Positions 35,065 through 45,600 are shown, counted from the first letter of the stretch. The stretch: DNA of 59,553 nucleotides from Clostridia bacterium (GCA_017436885.1 JAFSCG010000106.1:1-59553); one strand, 5' to 3'. The notes: generated from the letters alone by a model not told the origin. Translations and numbers: made by a program.

Positions 35065-36861
35065 ATGTTAAAAGAGCTTACCTACCCCTTTGATGCGGAA
35101 TATATTTTGCAAAACCGCCGCAAGCTGAAAAAGACCCTTGCAAATGACGGTACGTCCCGCGTTAAAAAGCGCATTGCCATTCTCGGCGGGGCCACCACGG
35201 GCATCATCCGTCCCGTTTTGGAGATATTCCTCCTTGATAAGGGCATCGAGCCCGAGTTTTACGAATCCGAATACAACCGTTTTTGGCAGGACGGAATGTT
35301 CGGCACACCCGAGCTTGACGAGTTCAGACCCGAGATCGTGTTTATCCACACGGGCGTGCGCAATCTGAATATGCCCGCACCCACCGATACCGCCGAGAGC
35401 GCCGAGGCGCTCCTCGAAAGTGAGTATGCCCGCTACGCCGCCCTTTGGCAGGCGCTGGGCGCAAGGTATAACTGCGTTATTATTCAAAACAATTTCCAGC
35501 CACCCGCATATCGCTTGCTGGGTAATCTGGACGGCACCGACCGCCGCGGCAGGGTGAACTTCGTTAACCGTATGAACCTGCGCTTTGCCGACTATGCGGC
35601 GGCAAACCGCGGCTTCTATATTCACGATATTGCGTACCTTTCCTCTGTTTGCGGTCTTGATAATTGGGACAGTCCCGAGGAATGGTATATGTACAAGCAA
35701 AGTCCCGCAACGGCCTGCGTGCCTATGCTGTGCCACAGCGTTGCAAACATAGTTAAGGCCATTGGCGGTAAGAACAAAAAGGTGCTGACCCTCGATCTTG
35801 ACAACACCCTTTGGGGCGGCGTTGTGGGCGATGTGGGACAGCAGGGGCTTGACCTTGGAGAGGAAACTCCCGTGGGTCAGGCGTACCGCGAGTTCCAGCA
35901 TTACGTAAAAGAGGTCTCCCAAACGGGTATAGTGCTTACCGTTGCCTCCAAAAACGACGAGGAAAACGCGCTGGACGGTCTCCGTCACCCCGACGGATAT
36001 CTGCATCCCGAGGATTTTGCCGTTATCAAGGCAAATTGGGATCGCAAGGACGGAAACATCCTGCAGACCGTGGCAAGCCTTGACCTGCTTCCCGACAGCG
36101 TTGTGTTTGCCGACGATAACCCTGCCGAGCGGCATATAGTTCACGAGAACGTTGCGGGCGCCGCAGTCCCGGAGATGACAAGTCCGGAAAGCTACATCCG
36201 CACCGTTGACCGCGGCGGATATTTTGAGCCCCTCTCTCTTTCGGGGGAGGATCTCAAGCGTAACGAAATGTACCGCGAGAACGCAAAGCGTGCCGAGCTC
36301 TCCCTTTCCTTTGCCGATTACGGCGAGTACTTAAAGAGCCTTGATATGGTTGCGGCCGTTGGCGATTTCCCCGATATTTACCTCAAGCGTATCGCTCAGC
36401 TTGCCAACAAGAGCAATCAGTTCAACCTCACCACCCGCCGCTATACGGAAACCGAGATAGAGGAAATTGCAAAAAGCGGCGAATATATCCGCCTCTGCGG
36501 TAAGCTTGCCGACCGCTTCGGCGATAACGGCGTGGTTTCCGTTATCATAGCAAAAAAGAATGGCGACGAAGCTGATATTCTGCTGTGGATAATGAGCTGC
36601 AGAGTGCTTAAGCGCGGTATGGAGCAGCTGATGCGCAATTGCCTGCTGGAGGCTGCAAGGGACGCAGGCGTCAAGACCTTGCGAGGGTACTATTACCCCA
36701 CCCAAAAGAACGGTATGGTGCGTAACCTTCTCGGAGACCTCGGCTTCGAAAAGATAAGCGAGGACGCAGAGGGAAATACCGAGTGGACTATATCCACGGA
36801 CGCATCTCCCCTTGAGTGTTTTATCGAAAAAACGGATCACCCCGAAAACGAAAGGAAATAA
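35065..36861 (+). CDS. HAD-IIIC / FkbH-like domain protein (candidate ACP-loading enzyme)
   Basis: HAD motifs LTLDLDNTLWGGV, VASKNDEENA and ADDNPAERH. The C-terminal GNAT-like block is NQFNLTTRRY...IMSCRVLKRGMEQ. An extra N-terminal domain of about 230 aa is present. Confidence 0.8.
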   Translation: MLKELTYPFDAEYILQNRRKLKKTLANDGTSRVKKRIAILGGATTGIIRPVLEIFLLDKGIEPEFYESEYNRFWQDGMFGTPELDEFRPEIVFIHTGVRNLNMPAPTDTAESAEALLESEYARYAALWQALGARYNCVIIQNNFQPPAYRLLGNLDGTDRRGRVNFVNRMNLRFADYAAANRGFYIHDIAYLSSVCGLDNWDSPEEWYMYKQSPATACVPMLCHSVANIVKAIGGKNKKVLTLDLDNTLWGGVVGDVGQQGLDLGEETPVGQAYREFQHYVKEVSQTGIVLTVASKNDEENALDGLRHPDGYLHPEDFAVIKANWDRKDGNILQTVASLDLLPDSVVFADDNPAERHIVHENVAGAAVPEMTSPESYIRTVDRGGYFEPLSLSGEDLKRNEMYRENAKRAELSLSFADYGEYLKSLDMVAAVGDFPDIYLKRIAQLANKSNQFNLTTRRYTETEIEEIAKSGEYIRLCGKLADRFGDNGVVSVIIAKKNGDEADILLWIMSCRVLKRGMEQLMRNCLLEAARDAGVKTLRGYYYPTQKNGMVRNLLGDLGFEKISEDAEGNTEWTISTDASPLECFIEKTDHPENERK

Positions 36862-36864
36862 AAA

Positions 36865-37107
36865 ATGACCGCAGAAAACGTATACGTTGAGCTTAATTCC
36901 ATCTTCACCGATATTTTCGACGAGGATATAACCCTGTTCCCCGAGACCACCGCAAAGGATATCGACGGCTGGGACAGCCTTGAGCACATCAACATCATCC
37001 ACGCAGTTGAGAAGCGCTTTAAAATGAAGTTTAAAATGGGCGAGATATCTACCATGAAGTGCGTAGGCGAAATGGTGGAGATTATATTGGCAAGAACGGC
37101 ACTCTGA
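36865..37107 (+). CDS. acyl carrier protein (DltC-like stand-alone carrier)
   Basis: 80 aa and acidic, with the phosphopantetheinylation site DIDGWDSLEHINII. The start is 3 nt after the FkbH-like stop. Confidence 0.85.
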   Translation: MTAENVYVELNSIFTDIFDEDITLFPETTAKDIDGWDSLEHINIIHAVEKRFKMKFKMGEISTMKCVGEMVEIILARTAL

Positions 37108-37440
37108 CCGCGCTGTAAAAAATCGCTTTATACTTCAGATACTGCAACAGGGCCGAATTCGGCGTACGCCAAGTACGCCGTCATCCGGCCCTATTTTGTA
37201 TCTTCGTCAAAGCGATTTTTTGTATGTCGGGGTGGTTAGTTGAGTGAGGCGGGCGACGCACGCTAAGTACGCCTTCGGTTTGCTTTTGAGCTTTTTTCTT
37301 CGTCTAAAGCGATTTTTTGTTTGTCGAGGTGGTTAGTTGAGTGAAGCGGGCGGCGTACGCCAAGTACTCCTTCGGTTTGTAGCCTTCCTCTCCGAGGAAG
37401 GGGGACCGCGAAGCGGTGGAAGGAGTTTTTTCGGTTAATG
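37108..37440. repeat. hairpin-repeat array: one family-B long hairpin (37117-37221), two ~95-bp tandem units, and a partial family-A element (37381-37432)
   Basis: AAAAATCGCTTTATACTTCAGATA...TCTTCGTCAAAGCGATTTTTT. The unit TGTCG(G/A)GGTGGTTAGTTGAGTGA(G/A)GCGGGCG..ACGC.AAGTAC.CCTTCGGTTTG occurs twice. CCTTCCTC-tccg-AGGAAGG and GACCGC-gaa-GCGGT are also present. Confidence 0.8.
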
Positions 37441-37515
37441 GTCATATGAAAAGTGAACAAAATGTAAAATATGCGTCAAAGGTGCGTTTTTGGCGTTTTT
37501 CATTTGCCGTTTTGC

Positions 37516-37544
37516 TTGCAATCATCACATAAATGTGCTACAAT
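37516..37544 (+). promoter_or_regulatory. extended -10 promoter of dxs (TTGCAA-17 nt-TGcTACAAT)
   Basis: TTGCAA at 37516-37521, TG at 37536-37537 and TACAAT at 37539-37544. Confidence 0.55.
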
Positions 37545-37591
37545 TATCAAAACTAAACTCGGGTACTGCGCCCGATAGATGGGAGGGTAAT

Positions 37592-39463
37592 ATGTCTGAC
37601 GGAAGATATCCGCTTTTAAATCAAATAAACTCTCCCGCCGATCTTAAGCGTATGGATGCTTCTCTTATGCCGGCTCTTGCAAAGGAGATACGCTCCTTTT
37701 TGGTAGAAAAGGTCACGGTAAGCGGCGGACATCTTGCATCCAATTTGGGCGTTGTGGAGCTTTCCATTGCTCTCCATCGCGTTTTCGACACGCCGAAGGA
37801 CCATATAATCTTCGACGTTGGTCACCAAAGCTACGTGCACAAGCTGCTTACGGGCCGCCGCGACGAATTCGACAAGCTTCGCAAGCCCGGAGGACTTTCG
37901 GGCTTTACCCGCAGAGGCGAGAGCGAGCACGACGCCTTCGGTGCAGGGCACAGCTCCACCGCCATTTCCGCTGCCGTCGGCTTTGCGGAGGGCGACCGTA
38001 TAGAGGGCAGGGACGCCTTCAGCGTTGCCGTTGTTGGTGACGGAGCCTTCACGGGCGGTATGGTCCACGAGGCGCTGAACAACTGCCGCGGCGATCTTAA
38101 GCTGATAGTAGTGCTTAACGAAAACGAGATGAGCATTTCCAAAAACACGGGAGCATTTGCAAACCACATTGCAAAGATACGCTCATCTCCCAGATATATG
38201 AACACAAAAAGCCGCACCGGAGATATTCTTTCCAAGTTACCCGTAGTGGGCGAACCTATGTACGCCGCAATGCGCGATACGAAAAAGTTTTTCAAAAACA
38301 TTCTCTTCTCCTCCAATTATTTTGAGGAGTTGGGACTTTTCTATCTCGGTCCTGCCGACGGCAACGATTATTTTGCCGTGGAACGGCTTTTGCGCGCCGC
38401 CAAGGAAAAGGGCGAGAGCGTTATTCTGCATCTGAAGACTGTAAAGGGCAAGGGCTATGCTCCTGCAGAGCTGAATCCCCGTGACTACCACGGCGTATCC
38501 CCCAAGGGCACGCCCTCGGTGCGCAACTTTTCTGCCGAGATGGGCGCGTGGCTTGCAAAAGAGGCGGAGCGCGACGGCCGTATTTGTGCCATTACCGCAT
38601 CAATGGCTCATTCCACGGGCCTTTCCCCCTTCCAGAAAAAGTTCCCTCAGCGCTTTTTTGACGTGGGAATTGCGGAGGAGCACGCCGCAACCTTTGCCGC
38701 AGGTCTTGCCGCCCAAGGCAGAAAGCCCTTCTTTGCGGTCTATTCCTCCTTCCTGCAGCGCTCCTATGACAGTATAGTGCACGATATTGCCCTGCAGGGA
38801 CTTGGTGTTGTGCTGTGCGTTGACCGCGCGGGTCTTGCGGCCTCCGACGGACCCACACATCACGGAATACTTGACGTTGCTTTCCTTTCCCAAATGTGCG
38901 GAGTAAGCATTTTTGCTCCCGTTACCTTCCCGTCCCTTCGCCGTGCCATGAAGGCCGCTCTTGACTGTGCCGGCCCTTGCGCTGTGCGATATTCCAATTG
39001 CGGTGAGGTTGACGTAAGCGGATTTACCGCCACGGAGCATCCTATGATAAGCGTTCGCGGCGTGGATGGATGCGATGCCCTTATCATTACCTACGGCAAG
39101 GTAGTAAGCGAGGCAATTGCCGCTGCAGACGCTCTTGCCGGCGAGGGAATTAAAACCGGCATTATCCTTATGGAGCAGATAGCCCCTATGGAGGATATGA
39201 GCGCATATATAGCAAAATTGATACCCGGTACCTGCGGCAAGGTCATCTTCCTTGAGGAGGGTGTACGCAGCGGCGGTGCCGGAATGCTGCTGCTTGACAG
39301 ACTCGGACGCAAGCATCCCCTTGCCCTTTCCGGCAAGAGCGCAACCATCCTTGCCATCGACGATTGCTTCGTCCGCGGCAAGCTTGGGGAGAGCATATAC
39401 GAAACTGCGGGCATTTCCCGCAAGCATTTGATTGCCGAGGCAAAGAGTCCTTCGGCTGATTGA
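37592..39463 (+). CDS. dxs: 1-deoxy-D-xylulose-5-phosphate synthase
   Basis: ORF trimmed to the ATG at 37592, after GGGAGGG. GGHLASNLGVVELSIALH, DVGHQSYVHKLLTGR and GDGAFTGGM (ThDP motif) are present. Confidence 0.95.
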   Translation: MSDGRYPLLNQINSPADLKRMDASLMPALAKEIRSFLVEKVTVSGGHLASNLGVVELSIALHRVFDTPKDHIIFDVGHQSYVHKLLTGRRDEFDKLRKPGGLSGFTRRGESEHDAFGAGHSSTAISAAVGFAEGDRIEGRDAFSVAVVGDGAFTGGMVHEALNNCRGDLKLIVVLNENEMSISKNTGAFANHIAKIRSSPRYMNTKSRTGDILSKLPVVGEPMYAAMRDTKKFFKNILFSSNYFEELGLFYLGPADGNDYFAVERLLRAAKEKGESVILHLKTVKGKGYAPAELNPRDYHGVSPKGTPSVRNFSAEMGAWLAKEAERDGRICAITASMAHSTGLSPFQKKFPQRFFDVGIAEEHAATFAAGLAAQGRKPFFAVYSSFLQRSYDSIVHDIALQGLGVVLCVDRAGLAASDGPTHHGILDVAFLSQMCGVSIFAPVTFPSLRRAMKAALDCAGPCAVRYSNCGEVDVSGFTATEHPMISVRGVDGCDALIITYGKVVSEAIAAADALAGEGIKTGIILMEQIAPMEDMSAYIAKLIPGTCGKVIFLEEGVRSGGAGMLLLDRLGRKHPLALSGKSATILAIDDCFVRGKLGESIYETAGISRKHLIAEAKSPSAD

Positions 39464-39475
39464 TCAGGAGTTAAG

Positions 39476-40465
39476 ATGTTCGGTAAAAAGAGAAAAAAAC
39501 AAATAGCCGCACCGCCCAGCCGCGGCGTTTTTATCGACTCGCTGTACGCTGTGACACCGGAGGAGCTGGGTGCCCATAAGAAAAAGAAGGTAAAAAAGCG
39601 CCTTATAAGCGGTCTTTCCGATATTATTCTTTTGGGTTGCATCGTGGTGTTCGTAATTTGCGCCATTTCTCTTATCGGCGGTGCTATCGACGCAGAGATA
39701 GCAAGCGATATATACGGCGATCTTTCCGAGGGCCTTTTTGAAGCGGAGGACGGAGATTATTACGGCTTTGCCTCCCTGCAAAAGGAGCAGCCTACTCCTA
39801 CTCTTTATTGCGTTACCGAGCTGCTGCGCCTTGGAATTTCGGGCGAGGTAAGCACAAACGCCACCACGGGCGGCTATAACGTGCAGATCGAGCGAATAAA
39901 GAGCCGCCTGAGAGAGATGAAGGCTCAAAACCCCGATATTTACGGTTACATCAGAATAGAGGATACCAACATAAGCTATCCGTTCGTTCTTGGAGAGGAT
40001 AACGAGTTTTATCTTGTTCACGACCCCGTCAATCGCGGATATCTGGACAGCGGCTCCATTTTTGCCGATTACAGATGCAGCCGCCTTGGTGTGGAGTATA
40101 ACAGAAATACCGTGCTCTACGGCCACAATATGACACGCGGTACTATGTTTGCGGAGCTGATAAATTACAATGACGAGGAGTTTTTCCGCACCCACAACGT
40201 ATATGTTTACACGGAAACGGGTCTTTACATCTATCAGCCCTTTGCGTTTTTCAAGACTAACGAGAGGCATCAGTACTTCCGAGTTATATTCTTAAGCGAC
40301 GATGATTACGTAGGCTTCCTTGAAGAGATGAAGAGCTGCTCAATATTTGAAACGGACGTTACCTTCACCCCTGCGGATAAGGTAATAACCCTTTCTACCT
40401 GCACGAACATCGTTTCCTCCGGTCGTTACTGCCTGCAGGCAAAGCTGATAAAGGTGGAGAACTGA
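39476..40465 (+). CDS. srtB: class B sortase
   Basis: An N-terminal TM anchor, the catalytic-His context LYGHNM, the catalytic-Cys context ITLSTCTN, and AGGAG upstream. Confidence 0.85.
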   Translation: MFGKKRKKQIAAPPSRGVFIDSLYAVTPEELGAHKKKKVKKRLISGLSDIILLGCIVVFVICAISLIGGAIDAEIASDIYGDLSEGLFEAEDGDYYGFASLQKEQPTPTLYCVTELLRLGISGEVSTNATTGGYNVQIERIKSRLREMKAQNPDIYGYIRIEDTNISYPFVLGEDNEFYLVHDPVNRGYLDSGSIFADYRCSRLGVEYNRNTVLYGHNMTRGTMFAELINYNDEEFFRTHNVYVYTETGLYIYQPFAFFKTNERHQYFRVIFLSDDDYVGFLEEMKSCSIFETDVTFTPADKVITLSTCTNIVSSGRYCLQAKLIKVEN

Positions 40466-41289
40466 TGAACTGCAAAGGACTTATATGCCCCGTGTGCGGT
40501 TCGCCCCTTTCCGTTGCGGAAAACGGGAGAGGCTTCAGATGCGGCGGGGTAAAGATGCATAATTTTGATATCTCCCGCAGCGGACACGTTAATTTTGCCG
40601 GAGGAGGGTACGATCCCAACAGCGGTGACCCCGTGGATATGGTTCGAGCGCGCATTGCCTTTCTGGAGGAAGGGTGGTTCGAGCCCCTTGCCCGTTGCAT
40701 TGGGGAAACAGTGGGAGCCTTGGGTGGCCTTTGCGTTGACGCGGGTTGCGGTAACGGATACTATACGGAATGGGCAGCTGAGAGAGCGGAGACGGTATAC
40801 GCCTTTGACCTTTCCAAGTACGCGGTGGAGTACGGAGCAAAAAAAGCAAAAAGAGAGGGCAAAAGCTGTCTCTATGCCGTTTCCTCCGTTTACGGTCTGC
40901 CTCTTGCATCCGGATGTGCGGATACGGTGCTTTCCGTATTTGCGCCCGTGGCGGAGGAGGAATTCTGCCGTGTGCTGAAGGACGGCGGACGGCTTATCAT
41001 TGCCGCAGCAGCACCCGACCATCTCCGCGAGCTTAAGGCACAGCTTTACGAAAGCGTTACGGAGAATACCGAGCGGGGCGATCTGCCGAAGACCATGAAG
41101 CTGATCGAAAAAAACAGGGTAAGCTACACCCGCACCCTACATAGCGGTGCAATTGCCGCACTTTACGGAATGACGCCTTACAGCCGACGTACCTCAAGGG
41201 AGGCTGCGGAAAGGCTTTTGGGGCTTGAAGGCTTGGAAATAACTTTTTCATTTGATATATACGTATACGGAAAGAAGGAGCAGGTATGA
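40465..41289 (+). CDS. SAM-dependent methyltransferase with N-terminal zinc ribbon (RlmA/RrmA-like)
   Basis: CPVCGSPL...FRCGG forms the Zn ribbon and VDAGCGNGYY is SAM motif I. The start forms an ATGA overlap with the srtB stop. Confidence 0.7.
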   Translation: MNCKGLICPVCGSPLSVAENGRGFRCGGVKMHNFDISRSGHVNFAGGGYDPNSGDPVDMVRARIAFLEEGWFEPLARCIGETVGALGGLCVDAGCGNGYYTEWAAERAETVYAFDLSKYAVEYGAKKAKREGKSCLYAVSSVYGLPLASGCADTVLSVFAPVAEEEFCRVLKDGGRLIIAAAAPDHLRELKAQLYESVTENTERGDLPKTMKLIEKNRVSYTRTLHSGAIAALYGMTPYSRRTSREAAERLLGLEGLEITFSFDIYVYGKKEQV

Positions 41290-42017
41290 AGATCTCGGTA
41301 TGTATACCCATGTATAACGAATCAAAAATAATCGAGGACAGTGCGCGTCAGCTTTCCGAATACTGCGCGCGCAACTTCGATAACTATGAGATACTGTTCA
41401 TCGACGACGGAAGCACCGATGGATGCGGCGATATGGTCCGCAAATTGGCGCTCCCCTGCGTTAAGGTAACGGGTTATAAGGTAAACCGCGGCAAGGGCTG
41501 TGCGGTGCGCACGGGAATACTTGAGGCAACGGGCGACCTGCGCCTTTTCACCGATGCGGACCTTGCCTACGGCGTTGACGTAATTGCGGAGTGCGTTAAG
41601 GTATACGAAAACGCTCCCGATTCGGATCTTATTATCGGAAGCCGAGCTCTTGCGGGAGACGGCTACGAGGGATACACCTTCATCCGCAAGGCCGCAAGCA
41701 AGGTGTACCTTCTTATGCTGCAGCTCCTTGGCGGCTTTAAGCTGTCCGATTCCCAGGTGGGCTTCAAATGCTTTACCGCAGATGCGGCACAGCGCATTTT
41801 TACCCTTTGCAAGACAGATCGCTTTGCCTTTGATTTCGAGGCACTTTGCTTTGCCACCAAATTCGGTATGAAGATCACGGAGATGCCCGTTAAGATCATC
41901 AATCACGGTGAATCCAAAATAAACGTAATGCGCGACAGCGTGAAAATGTTCCGCGATATTATACGTATCCGCAAGCACGTTAATAAGACCCTTGCGGAGC
42001 AAAAAAAGAATGCTTAA
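41286..42017 (+). CDS. family 2 glycosyltransferase (polyprenyl-phosphate hexosyltransferase-like)
   Basis: SVCIPMYNE, FIDDGSTDG and TDADL motifs. ATGA overlap with the upstream gene. Confidence 0.8.
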   Translation: MKISVCIPMYNESKIIEDSARQLSEYCARNFDNYEILFIDDGSTDGCGDMVRKLALPCVKVTGYKVNRGKGCAVRTGILEATGDLRLFTDADLAYGVDVIAECVKVYENAPDSDLIIGSRALAGDGYEGYTFIRKAASKVYLLMLQLLGGFKLSDSQVGFKCFTADAAQRIFTLCKTDRFAFDFEALCFATKFGMKITEMPVKIINHGESKINVMRDSVKMFRDIIRIRKHVNKTLAEQKKNA

Positions 42018-42540
42018 GTACAAGGTCCGTAAATGCGAGGCCTCCTCCGCCACCGCCCGTGTGCTTCTCTCAGAGCTGCTCTCCGAGGCCTACGGCGAGT
42101 GGGGCGCGGTGCTTGAACGTCAGATATACAAAAACCAAAACGGAAAGCCCCTGCTCCCCTGTGTTTACGGCGTTTATATAAGCATCTCCCATACCCGCGG
42201 CTTTGCCGCCGCGGCAATTGCCGATGCTCCCGTGGGTATCGACGTGGAGGTCGTGAGACCGCTGACGGAAAAGAATATCGCCGTCCTTGACCGCTATTTT
42301 GCGGGCGAGAACACGGAAGCGGCGAAAACCGACCCCTCGGGCGTGGCCTTCTATACCTTCTGGACCCGCCGCGAGGCCGCCTTCAAGGCCTACGCTACCC
42401 GTCCCTTTTACACGGAGGATCCCGTAAAGGGCAGGGAGGAGAGCCTTACCACTCACGTTCAGGTATTCGGAGAGAACGTAATTGCTCTTTCCGTTGCCTG
42501 CGGAGAGCTGAATAACGCAAAAAAAGTGCCGAAATGCTGA
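42010..42540 (+). CDS. Sfp-type 4'-phosphopantetheinyl transferase
   Basis: ATG at 42010, overlapping the GT2 stop. NGKPLL, SISHTRG, VGIDVE and FWTRREAAFKA motifs are present. Confidence 0.8.
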   Translation: MLKYKVRKCEASSATARVLLSELLSEAYGEWGAVLERQIYKNQNGKPLLPCVYGVYISISHTRGFAAAAIADAPVGIDVEVVRPLTEKNIAVLDRYFAGENTEAAKTDPSGVAFYTFWTRREAAFKAYATRPFYTEDPVKGREESLTTHVQVFGENVIALSVACGELNNAKKVPKC

Positions 42541-42556
42541 ATTCGGCACTTTTTTG
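42525..42556 (+). terminator. intrinsic terminator
   Basis: AGTGCCGAA-loop-TTCGGCACT plus TTTTTT, overlapping the PPTase stop. Confidence 0.85.
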
Positions 42557-42616
42557 TTGCAATTTTATGCTTTACGGGTTAAAATAAAAGCAGATTACTG
42601 TGTGGAGGAATAAACC

Positions 42617-45600
42617 GTGAAGATAATAAGGATATTATCCGTATTTCTGGCGACGGTGATGGCGGTGTGCTGTCTGCCCGTTTCTGCCATTGCTCTTTCC
42701 GTACCCGACGGTGCGGACGTGAGCTACGCGGCGGCTGCGGAGAGTATGGTGCTGTTAAAAAACGATAACAAGGCACTTCCCCTTACCGCGGAGGATAAGA
42801 TCGCTCTCTTTGGCGAGGGACAGATATTTACCGACGGAAAATACGGCGGTTTTTTCCTTATGGGAAGGGGAAGCGGGTACTTTATCCTTTCCGAAACGCC
42901 CAAAAGCCCCTGCGACATTCTGCTTTCCTACGTTAGCAAGGGCACGCTTGGCGGCGTTTACACCAAGCTTGTGAATTCCTACAAAATTGCGGCGTCAAAG
43001 GCGGCGAAGGAAACGGATTTTACTTATTCTCCAAAGGATGAGGAGTACACAGCCGCGGCGGAATACGCAGATAAGGCGATATATATAGTAAACCGCAGTG
43101 CGGCAGAGGGAGCCGATACCCAGACCTCGGATTACGGACTTAATTCCCGCGAGATCTCGGAGCTGCGCAAGGTCTGCGCGGCCTTCAAGGGTAAGCCCGT
43201 TATCGTGGTTCTCAATACCGGTCTTGCGGTAAACTGCGGCTTTGCCCTCGGCAGGACCAGCGGTATTTATGCAGATGCGGTGATAACTGCGCCATATATG
43301 GGCATCCGCGGCACGCAGGTGCTGTGCGAGACTCTCACGGGCATTATCAACCCTTCGGGTAAGACTGCGGATACCTACGCAAAAAAGATATCGGACTATC
43401 CCGGATACACGCAGTTTTACGGCTCCAAGGAGAAGGTGGACTACGTTGAGGATATCTACGTTGGGTACAGATATTTCGATACCTTTGGCGTGGAAGTGGA
43501 TTTTCCCTTCGGTTACGGACTTTCCTACACGGAGTTTGAGTACAGCGATATTACCTACGGGGAAAAGGACGGAAGCATCAGCGTTTCCGTGAAGGTTACG
43601 AACACGGGTGCCGTCAGCGGCAAGGAAAGCGTGCAGATATATTATTCCGCGCCTCAAAAGGGCGTTGGCTCTGCCCTTATCTCAAAGGCGGCAAAGGAAT
43701 TGTGCGGCTTTGCAAAAACGCGTCTGCTTGCCCCCGGGGAGAGCGAGGTGCTTACCGTAACCTTTGCCGTGGACTCTATGGCAAGCTACGACGATATAGG
43801 CAGAACGGGCAATGCCTCCGCATACGTTCTGGAGGCGGGCGAGTATTCGGTATACGTTGGCTCCTCGGTCAGTAACGTCAGCCTTGCGGGCGTTCATACC
43901 GAGCCTTCCCTCCGCGTTACCGAGCAATGCTCCAAGCTGTGCGAGCCCGCATCAAGCTTTGAATACATGGTATACGACGGAAAGGAAAAGACCTCCGCAA
44001 AGGCCGTGCAGGACACAAGCGTCCTTCACGAAAAAACGGAGGCGCAGCGTATATACCCCCTTAAGACTTATAGATTCGAGGAGGTGCTTTCGGGCAATAT
44101 CACGCTTGATACCTTCCTTGCCCAAATGAGCGACGAGGAGCTGTGCGAGCTTACGGTCATTACCAATTCCTTTGCAACGGGCGCGTGGGGCGGCACCGAG
44201 GCGGTTGCCGAAAAGTACGGCATTCCAACAATAAACAGCGCAGACGGACCTGCGGGACTGCGCATTACCACAAAGGGCACGGGTATCCCCGGCGCAACTG
44301 CCCTTGCCTGCACCTGGAACAGCGCGCTTATAGAGCCCCTTGGCGATGTGGTGGGGCGCGAGATGCTTGCAAGCAACGTGGACGTCTGGCTTGCGCCCGG
44401 CGTGAATATACACCGTTTTCCCCTTTGCGGCAGGAATTTCGAGTATTTTTCCGAGGATCCGTATCTTTCCGGCGTTATGGCGGCGGAAATGATAAAGGGC
44501 GTTGAAAAGCACGGCGTTGCCGCCTGCGTAAAGCATTTCGTTGCAAACGAGAGGGAGTGGGCGCGCTCGTCCATGTCCTCCAATATGACGGAGCGCGCAT
44601 TGCGCGAGATATATCTCGTGCCCTTCCGTATGGCGGTAGAGGCAGGGGTTAGCGCGGTAATGACCTCCTATAACAAGCTCAACGGCAAAGAAACGGCGGA
44701 AAACTCCGAGCTTCTCCGGGGAATACTTCGCGGAGAATGGGGCTTTGAGGGAATGGTAACCACCGACTGGTCAAACGATTCCACCCTTGTGAACGAGATA
44801 ATTGCGGGAAATAACGTCCGCTCCTCCACCGACCTTACCAAGCTTTCCACCGAAACGCTGACGCGCGCGGTGAAAAGCGGAGCCGTAAGTCGCTCCATGC
44901 TTATAGAAAATGCAAGCTACGTTCTCGGTCTTGCCGCCCGTATGCCGAATGCAAGGCGGCTTGCCGAGCCCAAGGTCCACGAGATAAGCTCCGATGGCAG
45001 GACGGTCATTCAGGGCGAGGATTATTCCCTGAAGCATACCTACGCCCGCTTTGAGATAAGCGGAAGCACCACTATGATGTCGTATTTGCAGTCCACGGAT
45101 AATTACGTTCCGTGGCTCGAATACACCGTAAAAGCGGAGCGTGCGGGAAGCTACGTTCTTTCCGTAAACACCGCAAATAACGCATCTCTCCAATCGGGCG
45201 ACAGCATTCGCGTGTTCGTAAACGGCGTGGAGCAAGCTGCCACCTTCGTTGGCGGCAACACGGGTGGATGGACCACCCTTGCCCTGAAGGAGATAGGCAG
45301 GATAGACCTGCCGAAGGGCACCTCCGTAATAAAGATAAAGTGCACCGACGGAAAGGGCTGCGGCAATTTCGATTACTTCAGACTCGTGCCCGTGGAAAAT
45401 GCGTACACCGCCATTTCCACCCCCGAGGAGCTGTACGCCTTGATGAAGGATCCGAAAAAATGGGCGGGCAAATACTATCTGACCGCCGATATAGATCTGA
45501 GCGGCTTTGAGGATCAAGCCCCCATAGGTAATTACGATAAGAACTTCACGGGCATTTTCGACGGTATGGGACATACCGTAAGCGGCATAAAAATTGAAAG

